Below are positions 47,310 to 58,055 of a stretch of DNA of 64,000 nt, piece after piece. The notes beneath the pieces were generated by a model. The model was not told the origin of the DNA. It worked only from the letters and a program-made list of their open reading frames with translations, and made no database searches. A program made the position numbers and the translations under genes. The number at the start of each line of letters is the position of its first letter. The stretch's first letter is position 1. This DNA is from Eubacteriaceae bacterium (GTDB lineage Bacteria; Bacillota; Clostridia; Eubacteriales; Anaerofustaceae): positions 9,236 through 73,235 of the forward strand of contig WRIE01000003.1 of assembly GCA_009782875.1 (NCBI GenBank), given 5' to 3'.

Positions 47310-48278
47310 ATGAAGCAAAAAATACTTGTGGGATTCCTGAGCGTTGAAGCGTTGGCTTGTATATTGTTTTGCATTTTACAAACATCATTCACTAGAGTTT
47401 TTTCTGCTGCGATGGCTTTTCCCTTTGAACAGATTGGGATGGGGCTGCGTTTGCTCTCGTTGTCAAGCTGGTTTGGGAATGCAGTGGCTTTCGTTGTTTA
47501 TTTCGCGACAAGCCTATCTCCCGCCGCCGCATTGCTGGTTTTGGGCAAAAAGCGCAAACTATATGCAGAAGATGGATTGTTGGTGGCGCTTAGCGCCGTG
47601 CTCTTTGCCGTTTTGTACATCATGATAAATCCCGGAATCATAGGCGCATTGGCAAGCGGGGCAAACGGGGTGTCTGTCGGCAAACCGGTATTGGGAGCCG
47701 TGGTGTACTCGATGCTTTGCGGATATCTCATCTTGCGGGCATTGCGGCTATTTTCTATTGGCGGGACTGGCCAGCTTCTTGGCTATATGTCATCAATGCT
47801 CAAGTTGCTCAGCGCGGTTTTTGTCTACCTGATTTTTGGTTCTTGCTTTAACGAGCTGCTGGATTCCTTAACGGCGTTGCGGGCAGGAAACATTGGGAAT
47901 GAGCAATTTTTGGGAGCAAGTTATGTTTTCCTTGCTCTGCAATTTGTTGTCGGCGTTTTGCCTTTTGTTTATAACGTGCTTATAGCGTTCGCGGCGCTAG
48001 GGCTATTGGAAGAAATGCGGATAGAACACTATTCTGCTGGAACAGTGGCAGCGGCAGGGCGAATATCCCGCATTTGCGCGGCGGCCTTGGTGGCGACAGT
48101 GATCGCAAATATTAGCTTCAACTTGCTTCAACTCGTTTTCGCAAAATCACTGATGGTTATCACAACTATGGTGCAAATTCCGGTATTCTCAATCACATTT
48201 GTGCTTGCAGCGTTGTTGTTTGCAAGGCTTGCCACAGAGAATAAGCAACTCAAAGACGATAACGATATGTTTATATAG
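47310..48278 (+). CDS. Polytopic membrane protein, DUF2975-like
   Basis: About 8 TM helices. C-terminal ENKQLKDDNDMFI tail. Immediately followed by a YozG-type HTH gene, the usual DUF2975 partner. Confidence 0.6.
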   Translation: MKQKILVGFLSVEALACILFCILQTSFTRVFSAAMAFPFEQIGMGLRLLSLSSWFGNAVAFVVYFATSLSPAAALLVLGKKRKLYAEDGLLVALSAVLFAVLYIMINPGIIGALASGANGVSVGKPVLGAVVYSMLCGYLILRALRLFSIGGTGQLLGYMSSMLKLLSAVFVYLIFGSCFNELLDSLTALRAGNIGNEQFLGASYVFLALQFVVGVLPFVYNVLIAFAALGLLEEMRIEHYSAGTVAAAGRISRICAAALVATVIANISFNLLQLVFAKSLMVITTMVQIPVFSITFVLAALLFARLATENKQLKDDNDMFI

Positions 48279-48287
48279 AGGCGTGCT

Positions 48288-48512
48288 ATGGCTATACGGG
48301 TATATCTTGAAGATATTTTGAAAGACAGGAAAATGACCTCAAAAGAATTATGCGCACTTGTTGGCATAACAGAAGCCAATCTATCAATCCTAAGAAGCGG
48401 AAAAGCAAAAGGCGTCAGGTTTGGGACGATAAACAAAATTTGTTGGCACTTAGGCTGTGATGTAGGCGATATTTTAAAATTTGACGGAAGTCTGGAGGGC
48501 AACGATGATTAA
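48288..48512 (+). CDS. Small XRE/Cro-type HTH regulator (YozG-like)
   Basis: I...L..IL.DRKMTSKELCALVGITEANLSILRSGKAKGVRFGTINKICWHLGCDVGDILKFD. Confidence 0.85.
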   Translation: MAIRVYLEDILKDRKMTSKELCALVGITEANLSILRSGKAKGVRFGTINKICWHLGCDVGDILKFDGSLEGNDD

Positions 48513-49461
48513 GCGTAAAATAATGGTTGCTGCATGCTGTGTATTGATTTTATGCGCTCTTGCAGGGTGCCAGCTTGCAAAAGAGGGCGCTGGCTCAAAC
48601 TCATATGAGGATAGGATGATTGGTGTTCTTGTCACAACTGAGCCTCTTGACGTGTTCGGCTTTGAAGGTTATGTAAATAACAACTTGAGTTTTCCAAGCG
48701 GCAAAGGAAGTGACACGAATAAATATCAAGGCCGGCTCTACGCTGTAGTTGTTCCCAGTACAGATACAAACGAGGAAACGGGCAAGTCAGTATTTGGACA
48801 TGAATATGTATTTGGAAATACCGATGGCATTCAATATTTTGTGCCAACTATTCAACTAAGAGGCGCAGATAGTTATATTGCAACGGTGTTAGACCCTGCT
48901 TTCAGCGACGGGCATAAAAACACTAGTGTTGGTAATGATGAACATAGCATGTCTATTGAAGCAACGCTTTTTATCGCTCCATCAAACAAGGATCACATTT
49001 ACTATTTTAACCCTATATACCAGGATGCAAACGGAAGTGTTTATGCCGTTTCGAATTATGGGCTTTCGGTTTCGGGGAAGGACACGGAAGGCTTTGCCAT
49101 GATGCAAACAATGGATCAAACAATAACAATAACGGAAAACAGAAAGGCAAAGAAGGAAAGCATATCTATAAAAATCTCAGTGAGCATAATGTTTGCACCA
49201 GAAAAAATTGCCATTGTGCAAATGGACTCAGATAACGCGCCAATATCCCAAACGGAATTCGAGCCTGGGAAAATGCCAAAAGATTTTTCGTTGGAAACGG
49301 GCACAGCCTACTTCATTGTAGAGACGCACAAGTGGGATGATGAAGGAAGCACGACAATCCATCGTGAAATATATGGCAGAGACGTTGAAAATATTGAAAC
49401 TTTCTTTGCCAGGGAAGATGGTGTTTGCATGAAACATGCGACACAAATTACTGCGTTTTAA
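48505..49461 (+). CDS. Lipoprotein of unknown function
   Basis: MIKRKIMVAACCVLILCALAGC lipobox. ATG overlaps the HTH gene stop by 8 nt. Confidence 0.7.
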   Translation: MIKRKIMVAACCVLILCALAGCQLAKEGAGSNSYEDRMIGVLVTTEPLDVFGFEGYVNNNLSFPSGKGSDTNKYQGRLYAVVVPSTDTNEETGKSVFGHEYVFGNTDGIQYFVPTIQLRGADSYIATVLDPAFSDGHKNTSVGNDEHSMSIEATLFIAPSNKDHIYYFNPIYQDANGSVYAVSNYGLSVSGKDTEGFAMMQTMDQTITITENRKAKKESISIKISVSIMFAPEKIAIVQMDSDNAPISQTEFEPGKMPKDFSLETGTAYFIVETHKWDDEGSTTIHREIYGRDVENIETFFAREDGVCMKHATQITAF

Positions 49462-49894
49462 TTATAATAATCCAATGGACCTTGGAACCTTTAGACAGTA
49501 TTGGGAATACTAAAACACACTGTGCTTGTCGAAATATTTGAAGTATTACGCCATCTCTCAACAAAATTCTTATATGTGCATACGCAAAACGGCAGGCCAG
49601 GTTTAGGTTATTTCCGATATTGGGCGAGTGTTTAGAGGAGGCGCCAGGTGTTTTGATAAATAAATCTATTAATATTTCCTGGGAAATATTATACTCTATT
49701 CCCAGACACCCGTATAAAAATGGCTGGATTGTGCAGCAAATCTTTCTTCTTGTTTAAGTTTGCTGCTTCCATCACAATGCTCTCTTCTAAAAAATCAGTT
49801 CAGCAAAATCCAAAACCGTTTTAGCAGCAACACCGATTGGTTTTTGGAAGCATGGGGCCAATACCGCTTCTGAGCTTCAAGGCTTATAATCGGC

Positions 49895-50770
49895 TTATCT
49901 TCCTGATGCATGCCGTAGCTTTGGATCCATCCGGTCTCTTAGCCAATCCCCGATCAAGGAGACTTGCAGCGATAAAAGAACGATGACGAGGCTGGGCATA
50001 ATGGCTAGCCACCATTGGCTGATTAAATAATCCCTTCCGTTATTTACCATGATCCCAAGCGAGGTTAGAGGCGGCTGGATGCCAAGGCCAAGAAATGACA
50101 GGGAGCTTTCCAGCAAAATGCATCCCGCAAGCGATAAAGTGCCCTCGACGATAACTACAGAAGCGATGTTTTTCAGCACATGTTTAAAGATTATGTCAAT
50201 ATTGGATGCGCCGAAAAGCCTGCTGCTTTCAATATACTTGCTCTGTCTGAGCTGTATGACTTGCCCTCTCGTTATTCGCGCGATACCCGACCAGCAGGAG
50301 ATGATGATTGTCAGGATGATGGAAAAGGACCCTGGGCCTATCGTAGAAGCCAAAACGATGCCGATGAGCATCATGGGGATGGCTTGCCTGCATTCGATGA
50401 GAAACATGACAACTATATCTGCAATGCCGCCAAACATCCCTGCAACTGCGCCCAAGAACACACCCAGCACCAGGGAAAAAAACATTCCTGTCATGGATAT
50501 TGCCAATGAGGTGCGTGTCGCATAGATGATGCGGATTAATATATCCCGGCCCAAGGAATCAGTTCCGAGCAAGTAGGGGGAATCGCTGTCTACAAACCGG
50601 GGATTAGCTAAGCGATCCCCCAAACTGACTTTTGCCAAGTCAATTGGAAATAATAGCGGCGCTGCAAAGGCTATGGCAACGATGGCTAAAAAGGAAATCG
50701 CCAGCAATAGGATAGACAGTTTACCTTCTTTCCGCAAGCGGCACAGCTTGGGAATGATAGCGTTGAACAT
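49895..50770 (-). CDS. Peptide/nickel (Opp/Dpp-type) ABC transporter permease, OppC/DppC-like
   Basis: N-terminal OppC-type segment, 6 TM helices. Last gene of a 5-gene operon. Confidence 0.9.
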   Translation of the reverse strand: MFNAIIPKLCRLRKEGKLSILLLAISFLAIVAIAFAAPLLFPIDLAKVSLGDRLANPRFVDSDSPYLLGTDSLGRDILIRIIYATRTSLAISMTGMFFSLVLGVFLGAVAGMFGGIADIVVMFLIECRQAIPMMLIGIVLASTIGPGSFSIILTIIISCWSGIARITRGQVIQLRQSKYIESSRLFGASNIDIIFKHVLKNIASVVIVEGTLSLAGCILLESSLSFLGLGIQPPLTSLGIMVNNGRDYLISQWWLAIMPSLVIVLLSLQVSLIGDWLRDRMDPKLRHASGR

Positions 50771-50788
50771 GAAAATCCCCTCCTTTTT

Positions 50789-51721
50789 TTAGTTGGTTGC
50801 CCATTCGCCATCCCGTATCCGTGGATCGAGCGCGGCATAGGAAAGATCGACCAAAAGGTTTACGAATGTAAAGGTGGCAATCATTATAAATACACAGTAT
50901 TGAAGCAGTGGAAAATCCCTCGTTTGGGCAGCGGTGACGCTAAGGGTGCCGATGCCTGGGAGGGAAAAAACCGATTCGACTACAAACGCGCCTCCAACAA
51001 GTGTGACAATCTGCCCGCCTAAAACTGTCACAACTGGAAACAGCGCATTGCGAAGCCCATGTTTAATGATGACAGCGCTTTCGCTAATGCCCTTCATACG
51101 CGCCACGTCGATGTATTCCTGGCTCAAGGTATCCAACATGGCGCTGCGCGTCAGCCTGGATATGCTGGCAATCGGGCCTATGGAAAGGGAGATAAAAGGA
51201 AGGACATAATGCCGAAAGCTGCCGATGTTTCCGCTGGGGAGCCATTTCAGCTTCAAGCAAAACAAAAAAATCAATAAAACTGCAAAGACAAAATTCGGTA
51301 TGGTGCATCCAACAATGGTGAAAAAGCGGATGGCCTTGTCAACCAGCTTGTCGTGCTTGACTGCCGCGACAACACCAAACAGAATGCCAATAGCAGACGT
51401 GGCGACGATTACAACACTTTGCAAAGCCATCGTCGGGCCAAGGCGCTGCAAAAACAAATCGGCAACCGGCCGCCTGTGGTAGTAGCTCATTCCCATGTCT
51501 CCTCTTACCAAGCCAGACAAAGTCCGCATATATTGCTCCCAAAGGGGCAAATCCAAATGCAGGCTTGAAGCCACGGTCTCATAAGATTCTTTCGTCGCAA
51601 ATTCCCCCAATATCCACTTTACAGGGTCGCCAGTCAATCGGGAGAGGAAGAAAACAAGGCTCCAAACCAGCCAAATGGTTGCAAGCGCCCTTATTGTCCG
51701 TACAACAACATAACGTATCAT
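50789..51721 (-). CDS. Peptide/nickel ABC transporter permease, OppB/DppB-like
   Basis: MIRYVVVRTIRAL start typical of OppB/DppB. EAA-type loop. Confidence 0.9.
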   Translation of the reverse strand: MIRYVVVRTIRALATIWLVWSLVFFLSRLTGDPVKWILGEFATKESYETVASSLHLDLPLWEQYMRTLSGLVRGDMGMSYYHRRPVADLFLQRLGPTMALQSVVIVATSAIGILFGVVAAVKHDKLVDKAIRFFTIVGCTIPNFVFAVLLIFLFCLKLKWLPSGNIGSFRHYVLPFISLSIGPIASISRLTRSAMLDTLSQEYIDVARMKGISESAVIIKHGLRNALFPVVTVLGGQIVTLVGGAFVVESVFSLPGIGTLSVTAAQTRDFPLLQYCVFIMIATFTFVNLLVDLSYAALDPRIRDGEWATN

Positions 51722-52702
51722 CTAACTATCCTTTCGCGCCATAGTCTGCACATCGTGGCAAGCGACATAATGCCCAGTGTTGACCGGCAACATATCCGGC
51801 CTTTGGTCGTAGCACAGGGCACAAGCCCGCTCACACCGGTCTTGGAACAAACAGCCTGGCTTTTCCTGTGCAGCGCGTGACGCCTCTCCTGAAAGAATGG
51901 CTTTTTTTTGCTTTTTAGCAGGATCGGCATTGGGGATGGCGGCTATGAGCGCTTTTGTGTATGGATGCTGCGTGTTTGCAAACAGGTCATGTTTTGTGGC
52001 AGTTTCCACGATCTGCCCAAGGTACATCACGATAATCCGGTCACTAATATGATGGATTACGCTCATATCGTGGGAGATGACCAGGTAAGCAAGGCTCTTT
52101 TCGCTTTGAAGTTTTTTTAGAAGGTTTAGTATCTGCGCCTGGATGGAAACATCCAGTGAAGAAACTGGTTCGTCGCATATCAGCAGCTTGGGTGACAGCA
52201 CCAGCGAGCGGAGGATGCAGATGCGTTGGATTTGCCCTCCGGAGAACTCATGGGGGTATTTGGACAGCGAGTCCTCTGTAAAACCCATCGTTTCTAGCAA
52301 AGGCATGATGATTTTTTCCGCTTGGGAGCGCTTCATATTGGATTGGATGCGCAGTGGCTCCTCCAATATGCCCCAAAGGTCCATACGGGGATCAACTGAG
52401 GCATACGGATCCTGGTAGATCATCTGGATGCTCTTTCTCATATCGCGTCCCATTTTTGCATGCACAGAGGAGCCGTGGAAAAGAATCTCGCCTTCTGTGG
52501 CTTGCTCCAATCCTGCGATTAAACGTGCCAGCGTAGTTTTCCCGCATCCGGATTCTCCAATGATGCCAACGCTCTCCCCTTCTTCCATTCTGAAAGACAC
52601 ATCATCCACAGCATAGAAAAAGCGGCTTTTTGTCGAGAAACCCCGTTTGATAGGGAAACGCTTCTTAACATGGCTCACTTCCAACAAAGGCTGCCCACTC
52701 AT
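51722..52702 (-). CDS. ABC transporter ATP-binding protein, OppF/DppF-like
   Basis: GESGCGKTT, FSGGQIQR, LICDEP. C-terminal oligopeptide-type extension. Confidence 0.9.
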   Translation of the reverse strand: MSGQPLLEVSHVKKRFPIKRGFSTKSRFFYAVDDVSFRMEEGESVGIIGESGCGKTTLARLIAGLEQATEGEILFHGSSVHAKMGRDMRKSIQMIYQDPYASVDPRMDLWGILEEPLRIQSNMKRSQAEKIIMPLLETMGFTEDSLSKYPHEFSGGQIQRICILRSLVLSPKLLICDEPVSSLDVSIQAQILNLLKKLQSEKSLAYLVISHDMSVIHHISDRIIVMYLGQIVETATKHDLFANTQHPYTKALIAAIPNADPAKKQKKAILSGEASRAAQEKPGCLFQDRCERACALCYDQRPDMLPVNTGHYVACHDVQTMARKDS

Positions 52703-53691
52703 CGCGCTTCCTCCTGTAGCCTGCGTATATTTACATTATGGCAACGCACAAAATGGTTTTCTTTGAACTCTTCCAGCCCAGGCTCCCTTTGCCCGCAATC
52801 AGGCGTGGCAATGGGGCAGCGGTGCAAAAAGCGGCATTCGCCCGGCTCGAAATGCTTGGGCACCGTGCCGGGGATGACATGCAACTCTTCCTTTTCTTCT
52901 TCAATGCTGGGCATACAAGCCATCAAACCTTGGGTATAGGGGTGGAGCGGCTCGCTAAAGATATCTGCAGAAAACCCGTCCTCTACAATCACCCCGCCGT
53001 ACATCACGGCAACCCGGTTGCACATCTGCGCTACGATCCCCATATTGTGCGTAATCAGCAGAATGCTCATATCGCGCTGTTTGCGTATGTCATCGATTTC
53101 CTTCAGTATCTGCTCCTGTACGCTGACATCCAATGCCGTTGTGGGCTCGTCAGCAATCAGCAGTTTGGGATCGTTGGCAAGCGCGATGGCAATGACCACC
53201 CTCTGCTGCATTCCCCCAGAAAGCTGGTGTGGATAGCTTTGCATGCGCTGGGCGGGATCTGGTATCTTCACCAGCTCTAAAAGAGAAATCGCCTTGTCCA
53301 TCGCCTGCTTTCTGGGCAAGCGCGTATGCGCCTGAATTGCTTCGAGCAGTTGCTTGCCAATGCTCACAACCGGGTTGAGGGAAGTCATGGGGTTTTGGAA
53401 CACCATGCCTATTTTTAAGCCGCGTACAGCGCGCATTTGCCTTGGGTTTAATTTGACAAGGTCATTGCCTTCAAAAAGGATCTCGCCTTGTTCGATATAT
53501 GCGTACGAGGGATCAATAATACGGGCTATGGAGCGGGCTACGGTGCTTTTACCGCAGCCCGACTCGCCGACAAGGGCATAAAAATCGCCTTGCCTAATGT
53601 GAAGATCCACTCCGTCAACCGCTCGCACGACCTGGTTTTGCGCATGGTAGCAGGTGTGGAGATTGCGGATCTCCAGTAGGTTGACCATCAT
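52699..53691 (-). CDS. ABC transporter ATP-binding protein, OppD/DppD-like
   Basis: [29 protein letters not shown]. Overlaps both neighbouring genes by 4 nt. Confidence 0.9.
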   Translation of the reverse strand: MMVNLLEIRNLHTCYHAQNQVVRAVDGVDLHIRQGDFYALVGESGCGKSTVARSIARIIDPSYAYIEQGEILFEGNDLVKLNPRQMRAVRGLKIGMVFQNPMTSLNPVVSIGKQLLEAIQAHTRLPRKQAMDKAISLLELVKIPDPAQRMQSYPHQLSGGMQQRVVIAIALANDPKLLIADEPTTALDVSVQEQILKEIDDIRKQRDMSILLITHNMGIVAQMCNRVAVMYGGVIVEDGFSADIFSEPLHPYTQGLMACMPSIEEEKEELHVIPGTVPKHFEPGECRFLHRCPIATPDCGQREPGLEEFKENHFVRCHNVNIRRLQEEAR

Positions 53692-55271
53692 TCAGCCCAG
53701 AGGACGTCGGCATCAAAAACAATATCGGTGTATTCACCTAAGTCAAAATGCAGCCCATCCCGCACGCCAGTATACCTTTCCCAAGTGTACAACGGAACCA
53801 TGGGCATGATATCGTCAAATATTGATAACACCCTGGCCGCTATTTCCTTTCTTCTCCCGACATCCATCGTAGAGCGGTATTCTGCCATAAGGTCCATGTA
53901 TTCCTGTGGGATATCTTCTTCACTCCAAGCGTGGTTCAGCCACGATATTCCACGGGTTAAAACAGCCCCCAACACACCGTCGTGGTTGTTAAATCGCGAG
54001 CTGGTAGCTACAAATGAAACGTCTGCAAACGGGTTGAACGCCCAATTTGGATCCAGCACAAGGAAGGAATTTACACCCAGATGCTCCGACCACATGCCCA
54101 TGATGGCTTGCAACACATCCTGGGCCATTGCATAGTGGCCAGGCCTTATGCGGATTTCGATAGGCTCGCCGTTATATCCTGATTTGGCCAAATATTCCTT
54201 TGCAACTTCCACATCGTAGGCCAGCATCCCCTCGTATTCCTCGACCAACAGTTCATTGTAGTTTTTAAACTGCACCCCAAAGGGAACATAGGAGCCAGCT
54301 CCCCAAAATGTCTTTACCAGCAGCTCCCTATCTATGGATCGCGCAAGAGCTTGCCTAAAATCCCTATTCCCAGTAGGCCCGTCGGAAGAGACATTAAACC
54401 AAACGTGTTGTATGGTGTGGTTGGGAAGCTCGAAAAGCTTGATCCCGGGTGTATTCGCTACCGTGCTTCTCAAATCCCCCGGCACATCAAACATAATGTC
54501 TATCTCTCCGTTTACCAGCGCAGTGTATCGCGAGGCTGTTTCGGAATACAGCAAGTATTCGATGGTTTTGACATTAGGCGCCTCCCCCCAATATCCGTCG
54601 TAGCGCTCTATAACAATGCGTTCAGGAGATACGCTTTTTAGGGCGAAAGCTCCTGTGCCGATAGGCGCCAACAGGTACGCGTCGTATCCGACCTCCTCAA
54701 TGTACTGTTTGGAGCACACTGCAATGCAGGTTAGGTCCATAAGCCTGTTTTCAAACGATATATCAACGATATTGGTCTTGATCTGGATGGTAAGCCTGTC
54801 TATGATATCCACTGACTCAATCATGCCCAAGGAAGTTTTCGCTGATGTGGTCCCAACCATTTCTGCGGCTTGAATGCGATCCCAGGTAAACTTTACGTCT
54901 TCCGCAGAAAAAGGATAGCCGTTATGGAAGGTGACGCCGTCCCTGAGCTTTAATTGTATCGTTTGATCGTCAAGCCATTCCCAAGACTCCGCAAGCCTGC
55001 CCACAATGTTGTTTTCTTTGTCTATTTTCAGCAAAGCGTCGAACATATTCCCGCCTACCCGGGCGCCCTGGTTGTTTGAGTTGTTGAGCAGGTCAATGGC
55101 GGCATAGTCAGGTATCATGGGCATGCCGACTTTCAATACCTCAATCTCTTTTGAATTGGAAGGCGTTGTGGTTGTAGGTTTGTTTCCGCCGCAAGAGCTC
55201 AGCAAAATGCTTAGCGCCAGCAAAAACACTGTTATATGCACTGCCATGCGTTTTCTTTGTGTACTGTTCAT
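53688..55271 (-). CDS. ABC transporter substrate-binding lipoprotein (family 5, peptide/nickel type)
   Basis: Lipobox LLSSCGG. 527 aa with an SBP_bac_5-like pattern. First gene of the operon. Confidence 0.9.
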   Translation of the reverse strand: MNSTQRKRMAVHITVFLLALSILLSSCGGNKPTTTTPSNSKEIEVLKVGMPMIPDYAAIDLLNNSNNQGARVGGNMFDALLKIDKENNIVGRLAESWEWLDDQTIQLKLRDGVTFHNGYPFSAEDVKFTWDRIQAAEMVGTTSAKTSLGMIESVDIIDRLTIQIKTNIVDISFENRLMDLTCIAVCSKQYIEEVGYDAYLLAPIGTGAFALKSVSPERIVIERYDGYWGEAPNVKTIEYLLYSETASRYTALVNGEIDIMFDVPGDLRSTVANTPGIKLFELPNHTIQHVWFNVSSDGPTGNRDFRQALARSIDRELLVKTFWGAGSYVPFGVQFKNYNELLVEEYEGMLAYDVEVAKEYLAKSGYNGEPIEIRIRPGHYAMAQDVLQAIMGMWSEHLGVNSFLVLDPNWAFNPFADVSFVATSSRFNNHDGVLGAVLTRGISWLNHAWSEEDIPQEYMDLMAEYRSTMDVGRRKEIAARVLSIFDDIMPMVPLYTWERYTGVRDGLHFDLGEYTDIVFDADVLWAE

Positions 55272-55319
55272 GGATTTCCTCCTGGCAATATTGCTATTTT
55301 TTGTCTGTCTCGTGCTGTT

Positions 55320-55620
55320 TTAATCTGGAATTCTGGCTAAAGCGGTGATAGCCTCACACATTCGTTCGGTATATGGGGCAAGCGAATCGCGCATGTGTAC
55401 CGGATGCGCGATAGAACATGTAGCCCTCATCCAAGGCGGTTTTGAAAAGGCGCAGATTGGCTTCCCTGATAATTGAGCCAATCCAGCTCGGCGCATTCGT
55501 TTCAATTCCCTCGCCTGCTTGTCCCAAATGGCACAAAACGTTGCGAAGCAACGTTTCCTGCGTTCGCATGCGCGCGCTCATGTTTCTATGTGGTCTTTGT
55601 CCCGTTTATATGCCAAACTC
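55320..55620 (-). pseudogene. Possible C-terminal remnant of a class III (GSA/HemL-like) aminotransferase, frameshifted
   Basis: LFKTALDEGYMFYRASGTH...EAITALARI across two frames resembles F...L.EGV...PS.FE..F.S.AH...DID.T. Weak call. Confidence 0.3.
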
Positions 55621-57117
55621 CAGTTGAGATGCGCAACGATGATTATTCAAGTCTAGTTCTAGCATACAAAACTCTTCTAAGGGTGAGTGATGCGGTTCTA
55701 TTCCTAGTTTGTCACCAAACGCAGAAATCCTTTCACATTCAAACAGCATTCACATCAACATCCTCCGGCATGGGGAGAAGCTGTTTCATATACGTTAAAT
55801 CCATACTCCGCAAAAACTCGGGGCAAGCATGCGAGAATCCCAAAAGTGGCGAGCGGCATTAACAATGAAATACCCTTAGTTTTTGGCGAAATCAATGATG
55901 CGGTTGGCAGTGATTTGCGTATCAAGGACTTCAACCAGTTTTATGCTGGGCAGCGGGGGCGCATAAGAATGAAGATGCAGGCCATGGTTTAGGGGAAACG
56001 GCTCAAGACTAATGTTTTTCACCTTTCATAGATAATTTAATGGCGTCTTGCACCAGCTTGACCATTCTTGGCTATGCGAACTGATCGTCTCTGCAGAGTC
56101 TCATATACATATATAGAATAACATGTGAAGAATATAATTTCTATATTTGGTTGCGAAATATGAGATTAAATGTATTGAAAATGTATTGAAAAGCAGTTGT
56201 GCGCTATTAATTTTATTGTATGAAAAATCCAAAGGCAGTTCTGGTATGGAAGGCTATTTGTACGCCATTTCCCGTTTATGGACTATTTTCTTGAAATTCT
56301 GTATTGATATTGGCAATTATCGAAGGAAATACATAAAATACTCAGATAAGCATAAACAAAGTTGTAGCAGCCAATGCATAGATGCATTCCATTATAGAAT
56401 CGCTGCCACTCTTGCATCATGTCCATAGCAATATTTTCAAAAACATTAAAACATTAGCTATCAGGTGTGCCACGAATAATTAGCATCTATACTTTGAGCA
56501 GACGATTTGCGCTCGTTCGAAGTCTCCCTAAATCTTAGGTGGATTGCAAAAACTTGGCATCGTATTTCCCACAGAATCCGCCCTTGCAAAGTCATGATTT
56601 TGTTATATACAACTGCTTATTGCGGAAAACGGCGGTAAAATAAGGAGTTTTTTTGATAATGTGTAGAATCTTCGTGAAGAGCTAATATTTTTCAACCCAA
56701 ACAAGAAATTCGGGCAAAGCAATTTCTGACAATTCTTTTCTTTCCGGGGAAAACATCCTCCTTCAACAAAAACCCCGCGCTGACGCTGAAATAGGCATAA
56801 TCGTAAAAACTGTCGGGAAGGCAATAACGGGCATTGAAGATCTCTCCCATAGCCGTATAACGGGTGGTCCAAATTCCCTGGTAAAATAAATGCACGGGCA
56901 TATCAATATCCGCCATCAACTCTTAAAGCAGGTTGGTTTTTAGGATAAAACCGTATTGTTTTGGGATTTTGCTTCTTTGGTTCAAGACAATCATTATTAT
57001 CACCCTTAATAATGCCGGAAAATATAAAAGCTGCTCGATGTATAGAAGTGGGCGCGGCCATGCTTATGCGGAAAGCGGATACCAGAAAAGCACTTGCTCA
57101 CTGTTTTGGGAAAAAAA

Positions 57118-57765
57118 TCAGCCGGGGGCAAATATGATTTTCTCTGCCAAAGGCAAAACAAGTATTTCATCGCCCCAAGGTAATGATAGGCTCAATTCAT
57201 TGCTGCTTGTCATTTTAGGCGACATGAAATCAAACTCTTTGTTTAGAAAACACCAATCACCTTTTGAATAAACATGGATTACATGGCTGCTCATTCCTTT
57301 TTTCTCAATATCTACAATATTAACATGTCCAAAAGTGATATATGAACGGCCATTTTTATCTTTTGCAATAAAATCTTCTATGTCATATTCTTCATAAGAC
57401 GAGCAAATATCAGGCAATCCTTGAACCAGCAGTTTTTCATCCTTAGAGAAAGTGTAACTTGCGCCTTCCCCAAGAAGATAACCAGATTTGTAGATTATAT
57501 CTAGTTTATCGTTTACGCTAAATAGAATAAAAGCTTCTTCACTTTGCCCTGAGTAGTATAAGAACAATAAATATAAATTAGAAGGCGATAAATATAATGA
57601 CCCGCCGCCATAACCGGCTGTTGGATAAGGAACAGGAAAACAGAATAATTGCTTTTCAGCAAAAAAAATTGATATAGAAAGCTCATTTTCATCAAGTTTT
57701 ATTTCCCTGCTGTCCTTTAGGTTTATATGATGAATGCAGGTAAGAGAATTTGCTTCATTGTCCAT
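57118..57765 (-). CDS. Orphan hypothetical protein (215 aa) in an AT-rich island
   Basis: Uninterrupted ORF with an AAAGGA RBS. No signal peptide or TM helix, no recognised motif. Confidence 0.55.
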   Translation of the reverse strand: MDNEANSLTCIHHINLKDSREIKLDENELSISIFFAEKQLFCFPVPYPTAGYGGGSLYLSPSNLYLLFLYYSGQSEEAFILFSVNDKLDIIYKSGYLLGEGASYTFSKDEKLLVQGLPDICSSYEEYDIEDFIAKDKNGRSYITFGHVNIVDIEKKGMSSHVIHVYSKGDWCFLNKEFDFMSPKMTSSNELSLSLPWGDEILVLPLAEKIIFAPG

Positions 57766-58055
57766 ATATTTGTCCTTTAATCTCGACTAGTTATAATATA
57801 ATTGAATAATTTCATATCGCAAGTATAACAAAAAACATGGACGGTTTCCCACAAAAATAAGCAATTTCACCTTGCCCCTTTCTTGGTAAGCTTAGGTAAA
57901 TCTGAGTAGGCTTCAACTGTGAAACCTGATAATCAAGTTGTTTTTAGTATCCCAATTGCTTGTTGAAAATTCCCAAAATCCAGTTTTTTTGCTTTGCTTA
58001 TGTCAGCGGACTCTTGCTAGAAAAAAGAGCTAACTGGTCAAAAACTACCATAAAC

